Source: Vicinamibacteria bacterium
Lineage (GTDB): Bacteria; Acidobacteriota; Vicinamibacteria; Marinacidobacterales; Marinacidobacteraceae
DNA: 64,000 nucleotides
Assembly (NCBI GenBank): GCA_963555995.3
Contig: OY821641.1
Span: forward strand, 640,001 to 704,000
Reading direction: 5' to 3'
Numbering within the stretch: position 1 is the stretch's first letter; each line of letters begins with the position of its first letter. The notes beneath the pieces are model-generated. The model was given only the letters and a program-made list of their open reading frames with translations. It was not told where the DNA came from and searched no databases. Positions 1-10,161 of the stretch are shown here, one piece after another. A program made the position numbers and the translations under genes.

Positions 1-630
1 CGGCGCGCCCACGCGGCGACCGAGGCCGGCCGCTTTGCCGCCGAGATCCTGCCGGTCGAGGTTCCGGCGCGGAAGGGCGCGGTGGTGGTCGAGCGCGACG
101 AGAGCATCCGTCCCGACGCCACCCGGGAATTGCTCGCCCGCCTCAAGCCGGTGTTCCGCAAGGACGGCCGGGTGACCGCCGGGAACGCCCCGGGCGTGAA
201 CGACGGGGCGGCGGCGCTGGTGATCGCCTCGGACGCGGCCGTGCGCCGGCACGGCCTGCCCCGGCTCGCGCGGATCACCGGCCAGGCGGTCTCCGGCCTC
301 GAGCCCGAGTGGGTCATGATGACCCCGGTGCCCGCCGTCCGGAGACTGCTCGACCGCCTCGGCTGGAGCGTGGACGGGGTGGACCTCTTCGAGATCAACG
401 AGGCCTTCGCCGCCCAGGCGGTGGCGGTGCGGGCCGAACTCGGGCTTCCCCCGGACCGGACGAACGTGAACGGGGGCGCCGTCGCGCTCGGCCACCCCAT
501 CGGGGCGAGCGGCGCCCGCATCCTCACCACGCTGCTCTACCTGCTCCGGGAGCGGGGCCTCGACCGGGGCGTCGCGAGTCTCTGCCTCGGCGGCGGGAAC
601 GGGGTCGCCCTGGGGGTGGAACGTGCCTGA
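1..630 (+). CDS. Acetyl-CoA acetyltransferase (thiolase), 5' end outside window
   Basis: Frame is open from base 1. Thiolase motifs [28 protein letters not shown] and LCLGGG. Confidence 0.95.
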   Translation, partial: RRAHAATEAGRFAAEILPVEVPARKGAVVVERDESIRPDATRELLARLKPVFRKDGRVTAGNAPGVNDGAAALVIASDAAVRRHGLPRLARITGQAVSGLEPEWVMMTPVPAVRRLLDRLGWSVDGVDLFEINEAFAAQAVAVRAELGLPPDRTNVNGGAVALGHPIGASGARILTTLLYLLRERGLDRGVASLCLGGGNGVALGVERA

Positions 631-1498
631 TCCGAAAGCGCCCGCGCGGGTCCTGGTGGTGGGCGCCGGAACCATGGGGAACGGCATCGCCCAGGTGTTC
701 GCCGTCTCCGGCGTGGAGGTGCACCTCGTGGACGTCCGGGAGGAGTTCACCGCGCGCGGCATGGCGACCATCGAGAAGAACCTCGGGCGCCAGGTGAAGC
801 GGGGGACCCTGACCGGGGCGGAAGCGAAGCGCGCCTACGCGCGCATCCGGCCGGGTACGGAGCTGGCGCCCGCCGCCGATGCGGAGTTCGTGGTCGAGGC
901 CATCGTCGAGAACGAGGCGAAGAAACGCGCGCTCTACGCCGCGCTCGAACCGCTGCTGCCGCCCGGAACGATCCTCGCGTCGAACACCTCCTCGATCTCG
1001 ATCACCCGGCTCGGCGCCGCCTCGGGCCGCGCCGACCGTTTCATCGGCATGCACTTCATGAACCCGGTGCCGGTCATGGAGCTGGTGGAGGTGATCCGGG
1101 GGCTCGAGACCTCGGACGCGACGTTCGCGGCCACCATGGACCTGTCGCGGCGGCTCGGGAAGACGCCCTGCGCGGTCAACGACGCGCCGGGGTTCGTCTC
1201 CAACCGGGTCCTCATGCCGCTCATCAACGAGGCCGCCTTCGCGCTCATGGAGGGCGTGGGCAGCGCCGCGGACATAGACCGGATCATGAAGCTCGGCATG
1301 CGGCACCCCATGGGCCCGCTGGCGCTCGCCGACCTCATCGGCCTCGACGTGGTCCTCGACATCCTGCGGGTGCTCCAGGAGGGGTTCGGAGACCCCCGCT
1401 ACCGTCCGTGCCCGCTGCTCGTGAAGCTGGTGGACGGCGGCCGGCTCGGCCGCAAGACGGGCCGCGGCTTCCACGACTACCGCGATGCGGCCGGCTGA
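623..1498 (+). CDS. hbd: 3-hydroxybutyryl-CoA dehydrogenase
   Basis: GAGTMG Rossmann motif, SNTSS, GMHFMNP and HPMGPL. Overlaps the thiolase stop. Confidence 0.9.
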   Translation: MPDPKAPARVLVVGAGTMGNGIAQVFAVSGVEVHLVDVREEFTARGMATIEKNLGRQVKRGTLTGAEAKRAYARIRPGTELAPAADAEFVVEAIVENEAKKRALYAALEPLLPPGTILASNTSSISITRLGAASGRADRFIGMHFMNPVPVMELVEVIRGLETSDATFAATMDLSRRLGKTPCAVNDAPGFVSNRVLMPLINEAAFALMEGVGSAADIDRIMKLGMRHPMGPLALADLIGLDVVLDILRVLQEGFGDPRYRPCPLLVKLVDGGRLGRKTGRGFHDYRDAAG

Positions 1499-1648
1499 CA
1501 GACGGCTTAAAGAGATTCTTGAGGTCCCGACCGGCAGGGGTGGGACAGAATTTGGCTCAACTACGTCTTAGCCTGTAGAGAAATCGAAGCCGCGCCGCCG
1601 GCCCCGGGGCAGGGGCGCCCATTCCCCACGAGGAGACTCCCGCCAGCC

Positions 1649-2710
1649 ATGTCCAAAGACGCCAGGAACTCGAAGAATTCGAGGAGCGCCGACCAGCGGT
1701 CCCGCGCCCTCGACATCGCCCTCGGGCAGATCGAGAAACAGCACGGCCGGGGGGCCATCATGCGCCTCGGTTCGTCCGCCATGGACGTGTCCGCCATCCC
1801 GACCGGCGTGATCTCGGTGGACGCCGCGCTCGGGGTGGGCGGTTTCCCCCGCGGCCGGGTCGTCGAGGTGTTCGGCCCGGAGTCCTCCGGGAAGACCACC
1901 CTCGCGCTCACGGTGGTGGCCTCGGCCCAGGCGCTCGGCGGGGTCGCCGCGTTCGTGGACGCCGAGCACGCCGTCGACCCGGAGTACTGCCGGGCGCTCG
2001 GGGTGAACACCGACGAACTGCTGGTGTCCCAGCCCGACGACGGCGAGCAGGCGCTCGAGATCACCGAGACGCTGGTGCGGAGCGGCTCGGTGGACGTGGT
2101 GGTGGTGGACTCGGTGGCGGCGCTCGTGCCGCGCGCCGAGCTCGACGGCGAGATGGGCGACGCGCAGGTGGGCCTCCAGGCGCGGCTCATGTCGAAGGCG
2201 CTCCGCAAGCTCACCGGGATCGTCTCCAAGTCATCCACCTGCCTGGTGTTCATCAACCAGCTCCGGGAGAAGATCGGGATCATGTTCGGCAACCCGGAGA
2301 CGACGACGGGCGGGCGCGCGCTCAAGTTCTATTCGTCGGTGCGGGTGGACATCCGGCGGATCGGCGCGCTCAAGGAAGGCGACGCGGTGATCGGGAACCG
2401 GACCCGGATCAAGGTGGTCAAGAACAAGGTGGCCCCTCCCTTCCGGCAGGCCGAGTTCGACGTCCGCTACGGCGAGGGGATCTCCCGGGCGGGAGACCTC
2501 ATTGACCTCGCGGTGCGCGAGCGGATCATCGAGAAGAGCGGCGCCTGGTACTCCTACCAGGGCGAACAGATCGGACAGGGGCGGGAACGGACCCGCCGGA
2601 CGCTCCTTGAGGACGAGCCGCTGATGGCCGAGGTGGAAGCCCGCGTCCGCAAGGCGCTCGGCCTCGGCGGCGAGGACGACGGCGAGGAGGCGGAGCCGCA
2701 GGAAGCCTGA
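1649..2710 (+). CDS. recA: Recombinase RecA
   Basis: [42 protein letters not shown]. Confidence 0.99.
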   Translation: MSKDARNSKNSRSADQRSRALDIALGQIEKQHGRGAIMRLGSSAMDVSAIPTGVISVDAALGVGGFPRGRVVEVFGPESSGKTTLALTVVASAQALGGVAAFVDAEHAVDPEYCRALGVNTDELLVSQPDDGEQALEITETLVRSGSVDVVVVDSVAALVPRAELDGEMGDAQVGLQARLMSKALRKLTGIVSKSSTCLVFINQLREKIGIMFGNPETTTGGRALKFYSSVRVDIRRIGALKEGDAVIGNRTRIKVVKNKVAPPFRQAEFDVRYGEGISRAGDLIDLAVRERIIEKSGAWYSYQGEQIGQGRERTRRTLLEDEPLMAEVEARVRKALGLGGEDDGEEAEPQEA

Positions 2711-2756
2711 GCCTGTGCCAAACTACCGCGCCCGCGTGAGATGGCGGGCGCCCGTA

Positions 2757-2829
<73 letters not shown>

Positions 2830-2840
2830 CCCAGGCCGGA

Positions 2841-3087
2841 GCGGTCCGGGGACGGGGGCAAGGGGCCGAGCAGCTCAGGAACGCGAGTTCGGGCAGCCGT
2901 TTGCCCCCGTCCCCGAACCGCCCGACGCTGCGCGTCGGCAACCGCAACTCCCTCGCGCGCTGGCGCGCGCTTCGGCGAGTTCCGGTTGGCAGTAGTCGTT
3001 TTGTGAAAGGGGGAGTGCCCCCTTTCACACATTCCCCCCCAATCAGGCCGGCGCCGAACCAAGGGTTCGCCGCCACTTTCTTTTTTT
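2841..3087 (+). other. Multi-hairpin element directly downstream of tRNA-Phe, copy 1 (candidate ncRNA or MITE)
   Basis: Series of stems ending in a hairpin plus T-run. Homologous to 31105-31345. Confidence 0.6.
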
Positions 3088-3100
3088 CGGCGGCGCGTAC

Positions 3101-3560
3101 GGCTTGGAGCGCCGGCTTCAGCCGGCACCACGGGCCGAAGGCCCGCACTCGGTTCAGCCCTCAACAGGAAGGATGACGCCACGGCTTGGAGCGCCGGCTT
3201 CAGCCGGCACGCGCGCCGCAGGCCCGCAACGGCTCAGCCGCCAACAGGAAGAATGGCGCGGCGGCTTGGAGCGCCGGCTTCAGCCGGCACGCGGGCCAAA
3301 GGCCCGCAATCGGCTCAGCCTCCAACCGGAAGAATGGCGCGGCGGCTTGGAGCGCCGGCTTCAGCCGGCACGCGGGCCAAAGGCCCGCAATCGGCTCAGC
3401 CTCCAACCGGAAGAACGGCGCGGCGGCCTGGAGCGCCGGCTTCAGCCGGCACCACGGGCCGAAGGCCCGCACTCGGTTCAGCCGCCAACAGGAAGAATGG
3501 CGCGCTGGCTTGGAGCGCCGGCTTCAGCCGGCACGCGGGCCGCAGGCCCGCAGAGCGCGT
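3101..3560. repeat. Six tandem ~81-bp units, each with a REP-like palindrome GGCTTGGAGCGCCGGCTTCAGCCGGCAC
   Basis: Copies start at ~3101, 3183, 3263, 3344, 3425 and 3507. The intervening sequences are similar to one another. Confidence 0.9.
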
Positions 3561-3586
3561 CGGGCTGTTCTGCCGCATGGCGGAGT

Positions 3587-3742
3587 TTGGAGCGCCGGCC
3601 TCTGGCCGGCATCGCGCGGAAGCGCGAAACCCGCGTTGATGGCGCTGCACTACGGAACGGGAGAGCCGCGGTCTGCGCGTTGGGGGGAGCGCGGTTTCGC
3701 CTCGCTGCGCTCGGCGATGCCGGCCAGAGGCCGGCGCTCCAA
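3587..3742. repeat. REPIN-like inverted REP pair
   Basis: TTGGAGCGCCGGCCTCTGGCCGGCATCGC ... GCGATGCCGGCCAGAGGCCGGCGCTCCAA. Confidence 0.8.
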
Positions 3743-3795
3743 GCTGGCGTGTCTTCCGGGCATGGAGCCCTCCGCGCCTGGCGGCCTGGCGTTCC

Positions 3796-5640
3796 TTACC
3801 GCTCGTTCTGGGTGGCCGTGGTCCGGACCGCCTGGCCGAGCATCTCCGCGTAGCGGTGCACGCCGTCGGCGATGGCGGACGCGAGCTTCTTCCGGTGGGA
3901 GGCGCTGCGGAGCTGCCGCGCTTCCTCGCGGTTGCTGACGAAACCCACCTCGACGAGCACGGCGGGCATCTGGGCGCCGAGCAGCACGTGGAAGCCCGCC
4001 GTCTTCACGCCGCGGTTCAGCGGATGGTCTTCCCGGCCGAGAATGCTCCTCGTCATCGCCGCCTGCATGGTCGTCGCGAGTTCGCGGGACTCCTCCTTTC
4101 GGCTGTGATTGACGATCTGGTCCACCAGCTTGCGGACGTCGGCCATCCGCACCATGCCGGTGGAGGCGTTCTCCCGGGCGGCGACCTCCGCCGCGTCGGC
4201 GGACGTGGCCAGATTCAGGTAGAAGGTCTCGAGGCCCCGCGCCCTCCGGTTCCGGGCGGCGTTCACGTGGATGGACACGAAGAGATCCGCATCGCGGCTG
4301 TTGGCGATGAACGCCCGCTGCTCGAGGGGGATGAACACGTCCTTGTCGCGCGTCATGATCACCTCGAACCCGCGCTCGGTGAGGTCGTCGCGCACCCGCT
4401 TCGCGATGTCGAGCGCGATGTCCTTCTCCCGCAGGCTGCCGGCATGGGTGCCCGGGTCCTTGCCGCCGTGTCCCGCATCAATGACGATGCGGTTCACCCC
4501 GGCCCCGAGCTGGCGCGCCAGCGAGTAGCCCCCTTCGGTCGGGCGTGGCAGCGAAAGCGAGACCTCGTCCCCGGCCTCCGGAGCCTCGGGCGCGGCCCTC
4601 CGCGTCGTCCCGGCCGGGGAATCGTCCGCCTCCGGCGCCGTCTCGTCCCCGGAACCGTCCGCGACCGCCACCGGGGGCGCCCCGTGGATGTCCACCACCA
4701 GCCGGTAGGGATCGGGAAGGGCGAACACCGAGACCTCCCGGATGCTCGAGAAGTCGAGCACCACCCGCGTGATCTGCTCTTCCGGGACGCCGAGCCGGAT
4801 GCGCCGGAGGTGCGAGCCCTCGATCGGGAACGCCCGGCGTTCGAGTTCGTCGTCCGGCGTCGCCCCGTGGAGATCGAAGAACACGCGGTCCGGGCCGGTG
4901 AGCCGGCCCTCGGTGTGCGGCGTCGGGCCGCTCAGGTCAATCACCACCCGCGTGTGCGAATCCCCGACCCAGTGGCGGATGTTCCGCACCGTCGTCGGCG
5001 GATCGGCGGGCTGCACCTCCTGCGCCACGGCGACGGTTCGTCTCGTCCCCTCCCGCGGCCGTTCCGCCGCGCCGGCGGGCGCCCGCGCCGGGCGGGCCTC
5101 CGGCTTCGCCAGCACGGCGGCCGCCATCCGGGTCTCGGCGGCGCGCGGCGCGCGCTCCCGGAGCCGTGCGAGGGCGCGCCGTGCCTCCGCCTCGTCGTCG
5201 AGGCGGCCGGCGTGGAGCCGGACCTGTTCGTAGAGCGCCTTCGGGACCCAGCGGCTCGCCGGATACCCGCGGATCAGGAGCGCGAAGGCGTCGGCGGCCC
5301 GCACCGCGAGACGCCGGTCGTCGAAACGCTCGGCGGCGTCGCGGTAGACCCCTCCCTCGTAGTGGAGCGCGTCGTCGCAGTAGCCGCTCCTCGGGAAGGA
5401 GAGGACCACCGACCGGTACTTCCGCGCGACAGCTTCCCACCGGTCCGGGTCGCGCATCGCCGCCTGCGAACCGCGGAGCGTGGCTTCGGCCTGCTGCGCC
5501 GCCTCGTAGAGCTCTTTCGCGGTGGAGCCGGGAGCGCCCGCTTCCGGGGCGGCGGAGCCCGGGCCCGCGAGCGCCAGCCCGGCGCTCATCAGCACGGCAA
5601 GCCCCGCCGCGACCCATCGGGCGGGGCTGGTCACCGTCAT
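3796..5640 (-). CDS. N-acetylmuramoyl-L-alanine amidase (Amidase_3) with signal peptide, TPR-like region and AMIN domains
   Basis: IVIDAGHGGKDPG, EKDIAL, FVSIHVNA, VLVEVGF, and AMIN-like TRVVIDL/YRLVVD. Start placed at MTVTSP. Confidence 0.92.
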   Translation of the reverse strand: MTVTSPARWVAAGLAVLMSAGLALAGPGSAAPEAGAPGSTAKELYEAAQQAEATLRGSQAAMRDPDRWEAVARKYRSVVLSFPRSGYCDDALHYEGGVYRDAAERFDDRRLAVRAADAFALLIRGYPASRWVPKALYEQVRLHAGRLDDEAEARRALARLRERAPRAAETRMAAAVLAKPEARPARAPAGAAERPREGTRRTVAVAQEVQPADPPTTVRNIRHWVGDSHTRVVIDLSGPTPHTEGRLTGPDRVFFDLHGATPDDELERRAFPIEGSHLRRIRLGVPEEQITRVVLDFSSIREVSVFALPDPYRLVVDIHGAPPVAVADGSGDETAPEADDSPAGTTRRAAPEAPEAGDEVSLSLPRPTEGGYSLARQLGAGVNRIVIDAGHGGKDPGTHAGSLREKDIALDIAKRVRDDLTERGFEVIMTRDKDVFIPLEQRAFIANSRDADLFVSIHVNAARNRRARGLETFYLNLATSADAAEVAARENASTGMVRMADVRKLVDQIVNHSRKEESRELATTMQAAMTRSILGREDHPLNRGVKTAGFHVLLGAQMPAVLVEVGFVSNREEARQLRSASHRKKLASAIADGVHRYAEMLGQAVRTTATQNER

Positions 5641-5650
5641 CACCGCAAGC

Positions 5651-7954
5651 TCAGGCGGGGGGCGTGACCAGGACGTCGCGCGGCTGCGCGCCCCGCGCCG
5701 GTCCCACGACTCCCTGGCGCTCGAGCTCGGCGACGATGCGCCGCGCCCGCTGGTAGCCGAGGCCCATTTCGGTCTGGAGCATCGAGGTGGAGGCCTTCTG
5801 TTCCCGGATGATGAGTTCGCGGGCCTGGGGCAGGAGCGAGTCCTCGCCCTTCGGAGCGCGGGCGGCACCGTTCGCCTTCGGAGCCGCGCCGTTCCCGGGC
5901 CCGACGAAGGGAAGCGGCTGCTCCTCCTCCAGCATCCCGGTATCGAAGACCGGTTCCGCCGCGCTCTCCCAGAACCGGGCGAGCTTGCCCACCTCCCGCT
6001 CGTCCACGAAGGCGCCCTGCGCCCGCGGCAGGTCGGCGCCCGGCCGCATCATCAGCATGTCCCCCTTGCCGAGCAGCATCTCGGCGCCCACCCGGTCCAG
6101 GATGGTCCGCGAGTCCACGTAGCTGGCCACCCGGAAGGCGATCCGGGTGGGCAGGTTCGCCTTGAGCGTGCCGCTGATGATGTCGGTGGAGGGCCGCTGG
6201 GTGGCCAGCACGAGGTGGATGCCCTCGGCGCGGCCGAGGCTGAGCAGCCGCTGGATCGCCGGCGTCACCTCCGCCTTGGCGTGGATGAAGAGGTCGGCGA
6301 GCTCGTCCACCACGATCACCAGCCGGGGCAGGGGCGACGGGATCTCGGGTTCCGGCTCGTTCTTCCGGCGGCGTTTCTTCGCCGCCTGCGCGGCCATCTT
6401 CTCGACCAGCCGGTTGAATCCGTCAATGTTCCGCACCCCGTGCTCCTCGAGGATCCGGGTGCGGCGGTCCAATTCGCGGCAGGCGTGCTGCAGCACCGTC
6501 TTGGCCTGGTCGGGTTCGAGGATGAGCGGGGTCAGCAGGTGCGGGATGTTCCGGTAGGGCCGGAGTTCCACCCGTTTCGGATCAATCAGGATCAGGCGCA
6601 GCTCGTCCGGGGTGCGCCGCGTCAGCAGGGAACAGAGCAGGGTGTTGATCTGCACCGACTTGCCCGCGCCGGTGGCCCCGGCGATGAGCAGGTGGGGCAT
6701 CTCGGCGAGGTCCTTGACCAGCGGCCGTCCGTCCACCAGCCGGCCGATCGCGGTCGGCAGCGCGCCGCTCTCGTCCTGGAAGTCGGGCGACTCGAGGATT
6801 TCCCGGAGGCCGACGACCGAGGGAGATTCGTTCGGAACCTCGATCCCCACCACGCCCCGGCCCTTCACCCGCTCGACCCGGATCGCGGGGGCGCGCAGCG
6901 CCATGCAGATCTCTTCGTGGCGGTTCCGGATCTTCTTGAGGGTCTCCCCTTCGCCCAGCCGGAACTCGAACGTGGTGACCACCGGCCCCGGCTGGATGCG
7001 GTCCACCTCGCCCCGCACCCCGTGTTCGAGGCAGGCGGCTTCGAGGGCCTTGCGGCGCTCCTCGAGCGCCCGCTTCGCGGGGGCCGGCTGGTGGGCGCGG
7101 CGCGTCAGGAGCTGGAGCGAGGGCAGCTTCCAGGCGCCGGGCGCCGGCCGGGCGCCCGGGGTGGCCGGCTTCCGTAGCAGGTCGGGGCGGGAGGGCGGCC
7201 GGGCCACCGGAACGGGTTCCGTGGCGGGGTCCGTCTCCGGGCCCGGATTCCGGCGCTTCTTCCTCGGGATGCGCACCACGAACGACCGCTCGGCTCCCGG
7301 CTCGATCTCCGGTTGCAGCGCCTCCGCATCCTCGGCGGAACGCCCGGTGGGACGCAGCCGGAGGAAGAGCCGCTTGATCCAGCCGGGCCGATGGCTGGCG
7401 TCGTGTTCCTGGAGCACGGGTCCGCCGAAGCCCCACTCCCGGAGCGCGGCGTAGCCCATGAGTCCGATCGCTCCCAGCACCACGCCCGCGCCAAGCGGGT
7501 TCATGGCGCCCGAGAGCGCGGTCGCCAGCAGCGAGCCCCCGACGCCCCCCCAGGCGAAGCCGCCGCCGGTTCCGCCGCCGAAGACCTGCTGCGCGAGCGA
7601 GGCGAGGCCGGTGGCGCTGACCGCGAGGCTCGCGAGGATCAGCAGCCGGACCGCGGTCGAGTCGTCCCCTTCCGGGGGCACGGGCCGGAGGCGCCGCCGC
7701 GCCGCCTGGAACAGCACCAGCGGGATCGCGAAACCGATCACCCCGACGAGTTGCAGGATGACCTCGGCGAGCAGCGCCCCGGTCGGCCCCAGCCAGTTCG
7801 TCACGGTCTCGCCCGCGCCCGCCTTGAGGAGCAGCACCGGGTCCGAGTGCGAGTAGGAGACGAGCGACAGCAGGATCAGGGCGGCGAGGGCGAGCAGGGC
7901 GATGCCGAGGACCTTCCGGCGGCCGAACGCCGTCCTAAGCGCTTGAAAGGCCAA
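5651..7954 (-). CDS. ftsK: DNA translocase FtsK/SpoIIIE
   Basis: N-terminal TM segments, PHLLIAGATGAGKS, IDPK, VVDELADL, ATQRPS and a C-terminal gamma domain. Confidence 0.95.
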   Translation of the reverse strand: MAFQALRTAFGRRKVLGIALLALAALILLSLVSYSHSDPVLLLKAGAGETVTNWLGPTGALLAEVILQLVGVIGFAIPLVLFQAARRRLRPVPPEGDDSTAVRLLILASLAVSATGLASLAQQVFGGGTGGGFAWGGVGGSLLATALSGAMNPLGAGVVLGAIGLMGYAALREWGFGGPVLQEHDASHRPGWIKRLFLRLRPTGRSAEDAEALQPEIEPGAERSFVVRIPRKKRRNPGPETDPATEPVPVARPPSRPDLLRKPATPGARPAPGAWKLPSLQLLTRRAHQPAPAKRALEERRKALEAACLEHGVRGEVDRIQPGPVVTTFEFRLGEGETLKKIRNRHEEICMALRAPAIRVERVKGRGVVGIEVPNESPSVVGLREILESPDFQDESGALPTAIGRLVDGRPLVKDLAEMPHLLIAGATGAGKSVQINTLLCSLLTRRTPDELRLILIDPKRVELRPYRNIPHLLTPLILEPDQAKTVLQHACRELDRRTRILEEHGVRNIDGFNRLVEKMAAQAAKKRRRKNEPEPEIPSPLPRLVIVVDELADLFIHAKAEVTPAIQRLLSLGRAEGIHLVLATQRPSTDIISGTLKANLPTRIAFRVASYVDSRTILDRVGAEMLLGKGDMLMMRPGADLPRAQGAFVDEREVGKLARFWESAAEPVFDTGMLEEEQPLPFVGPGNGAAPKANGAARAPKGEDSLLPQARELIIREQKASTSMLQTEMGLGYQRARRIVAELERQGVVGPARGAQPRDVLVTPPA

Positions 7955-8801
7955 TGCCGATCCCTCCGGCCGCGAGGCAGTACCAGCCGAACCGGTGGAA
8001 CCGCTCCCGGGCCAGCCAGTCGAAAACCCAGCGCAGTGCGAACGTTCCGGCCACGAACGCGGTGAGGAACCCCACCGTCAGCTCCAGCGCGACGATCCCC
8101 CCGGCCTCCGCGAGCGCCCCGCTGCCGACGGCGGACGCGCCCTCGAGCAGCGCGGCCCCGGCGATCGCGGGCGCGGACAGCAGGAAACTGAAGCGGGCGG
8201 CGTCGGCGGGCGCGACGCCGCGCTGACGGCCCGCGACGATCGTGAGACCGGACCGCGACACCCCGGGAAAGATGGCCGCCGCCTGCGCGATGCCGATCCA
8301 GAGTGCGTCGGCGAGACCGCGGGGGAGCAGCGGGACCGCCCGGGGCCGGATGGCGGCTCCGCCGGTCTCCGCGGGAGGCCGCCGGAAAGCGAGGAGGACC
8401 GCGCCGGTCAGCACGAGGCCCCCGGCGGCGAAGCCGATGCCGCGGAACGCGTGGTGGATCTGGTCCTGGAACGCGACCCCGACCACGGCTGCCGGAACCG
8501 ATGCGAGGAGCAGCAGGCCCGCGAGCCGGCGGCCGGCCCGCACCGCGTCCCGGCCCTCGGGGGTGGTCCCGCCGATTCCCGCCAGCGCGCGCAGGAGGCC
8601 GAAGACCTCGCGGCGGAGGTAGATCAGCGCGGCGGCGAGCGTTCCCAGATGAACCACGATCTCGAAGAGGACCCCCGGACTTCGGAGTGCTTCATCCGGC
8701 AGGAACTCCCGTCCGAGCACGAGATGCCCCGAACTGGACACCGGCAGGAATTCGGTGAGACCCTGCACGATTCCGAGGAGCAGCGAAGCGCCGATGTTCA
8801 T
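7935..8801 (-). CDS. uppP: Undecaprenyl-diphosphate phosphatase
   Basis: GIVQGLTEFLPVSSSGHL, PGVSRSG, AARFSFLL. Confidence 0.95.
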   Translation of the reverse strand: MNIGASLLLGIVQGLTEFLPVSSSGHLVLGREFLPDEALRSPGVLFEIVVHLGTLAAALIYLRREVFGLLRALAGIGGTTPEGRDAVRAGRRLAGLLLLASVPAAVVGVAFQDQIHHAFRGIGFAAGGLVLTGAVLLAFRRPPAETGGAAIRPRAVPLLPRGLADALWIGIAQAAAIFPGVSRSGLTIVAGRQRGVAPADAARFSFLLSAPAIAGAALLEGASAVGSGALAEAGGIVALELTVGFLTAFVAGTFALRWVFDWLARERFHRFGWYCLAAGGIGIGLSSA

Positions 8802-8910
8802 CGGGTTTACCCAAGTACAAGGATAGGTTACGCTATCAGACCTAAAGCACTGCCGCAAGGGGATGGGGGGTCCACGCACGCGCAGGCTGGCCAAGCCTTG
8901 GAACGCCAGT

Positions 8911-10100
8911 CTCCAGACCGGCACGCGCGGCGCTCCGCACGGCGCCCGACACAACGCTCCAAAGCGGCAATTGCGCCGCCGGCTTGGAACGCCGGTCAGT
9001 TGCTGTGAAAATGCAGTTTGGGCGCAAGCTCAACCAGCGTCAGTTGCGCCGCCGGCTGGGAGCGCCGGTCTTCAGACCGGCACGCGCTGCGCGGTAGCGC
9101 AGCGCACGGCACGACGGCGAGCGGCGCGGTGGTGCTCTGCTCTCGGTTCATCACCGCAGACAGCGACACGACATCCGCGGGCCTCCGGCCCGCTGTGCCG
9201 CTCTGAAGAGCGGCGCTCCCAGCCGTTCCCGCCGTTTTCATGTCCGGCGGGGTGAGCAGGAGGACCGATCATGACGGTTTCTCCCGGTGGGGGCCTCCAG
9301 ACCGGCACCGCGGCGCTCCGCGCCGCGCACGACACAACGCTCCAAAGCGGCAATTGCGCCGCCGGCTTGGAACGCCGGTCAGTTGCTGTGAAAATGCAGT
9401 TTGGGCGCAAGCTCAACCAGCGTCAGTTGCGCCGCCGGCTGGGAGCGCCGGTCTTCAGACCGGCACGCGCTGCGCGGTAGCGCAGCGCACGGCACGACGG
9501 CGAGCGGCGCGGTGGTGCTCTGCTCTCGGTTCATCACCGCAGACAGCGACACGACATCCGCGGGCCTCCGGCCCGCTGTGCCGCTCTGAAGAGCGGCGCT
9601 CCCAGCCGTTCCCGCCGTTTTCATGTCCGGCGGGGTGCGCAGGAGGACCGATCATGACGGTTTCTCCCGGTGGGGGCCTCCAGACCGGCACCGCGGCGCT
9701 CCGCACGGCGCCCGACACAACGCTCCAAAGCGGCAATTGCGCCGCCGGCTTGGAACGCCGGTCAGTTGCTGTGAAAATGCAGTTTGGGCGCAAGCTCAAC
9801 CAGCGTCAGTTGCGCCGCCGGCTGGGAGCGCCGGTCTTCAGACCGGCACGCGCTGCGCGGTAGCGCAGCGCACGGCACGACGGCGAGCGGCGCGGTGGTG
9901 CTCTGCTCTCGGTTCATCACCGCAGACAGCGACACGACATCCGCGGGCCTCCGGTCCGCTGTGCCGCTCTGAAGAGCGGCGCTCCCAGCCGTTCCCGCCG
10001 TTTTCATGTCCGGCGGGGTGCGCAGGAGGACCGATCATGACGGTTTCTCCCGGTGGGGGCCTCCAGACCGGCACCGCGGCGCTCCGCGCCGCGCACGACA
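8911..10100. repeat. Three tandem ~383-bp REP-containing units between divergent uppP and rsmA
   Basis: CTCCAGACCGGCA recurs at ~8911, 9295, 9678 and 10061. Units are near identical. Confidence 0.92.
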
Positions 10101-10161
10101 CAACCCCACCCGGAACAACCGGCCGGCGTTCCCGCCCCGATGCGCCGCCGGCCTTGTCACA

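Noticed and set aside
1500-1648. SOS/LexA box upstream of recA
   Set aside because: I could not identify a convincing CTGT-N8-ACAG, GAAC-N4-GTTC or GTTC-N7-GTTC site.
3101-3560. CRISPR-like array (28-bp palindromic repeat, ~53-bp intervals)
   Set aside because: The intervals are homologous to each other, the repeat is the dispersed REP, and no cas genes are in the window.
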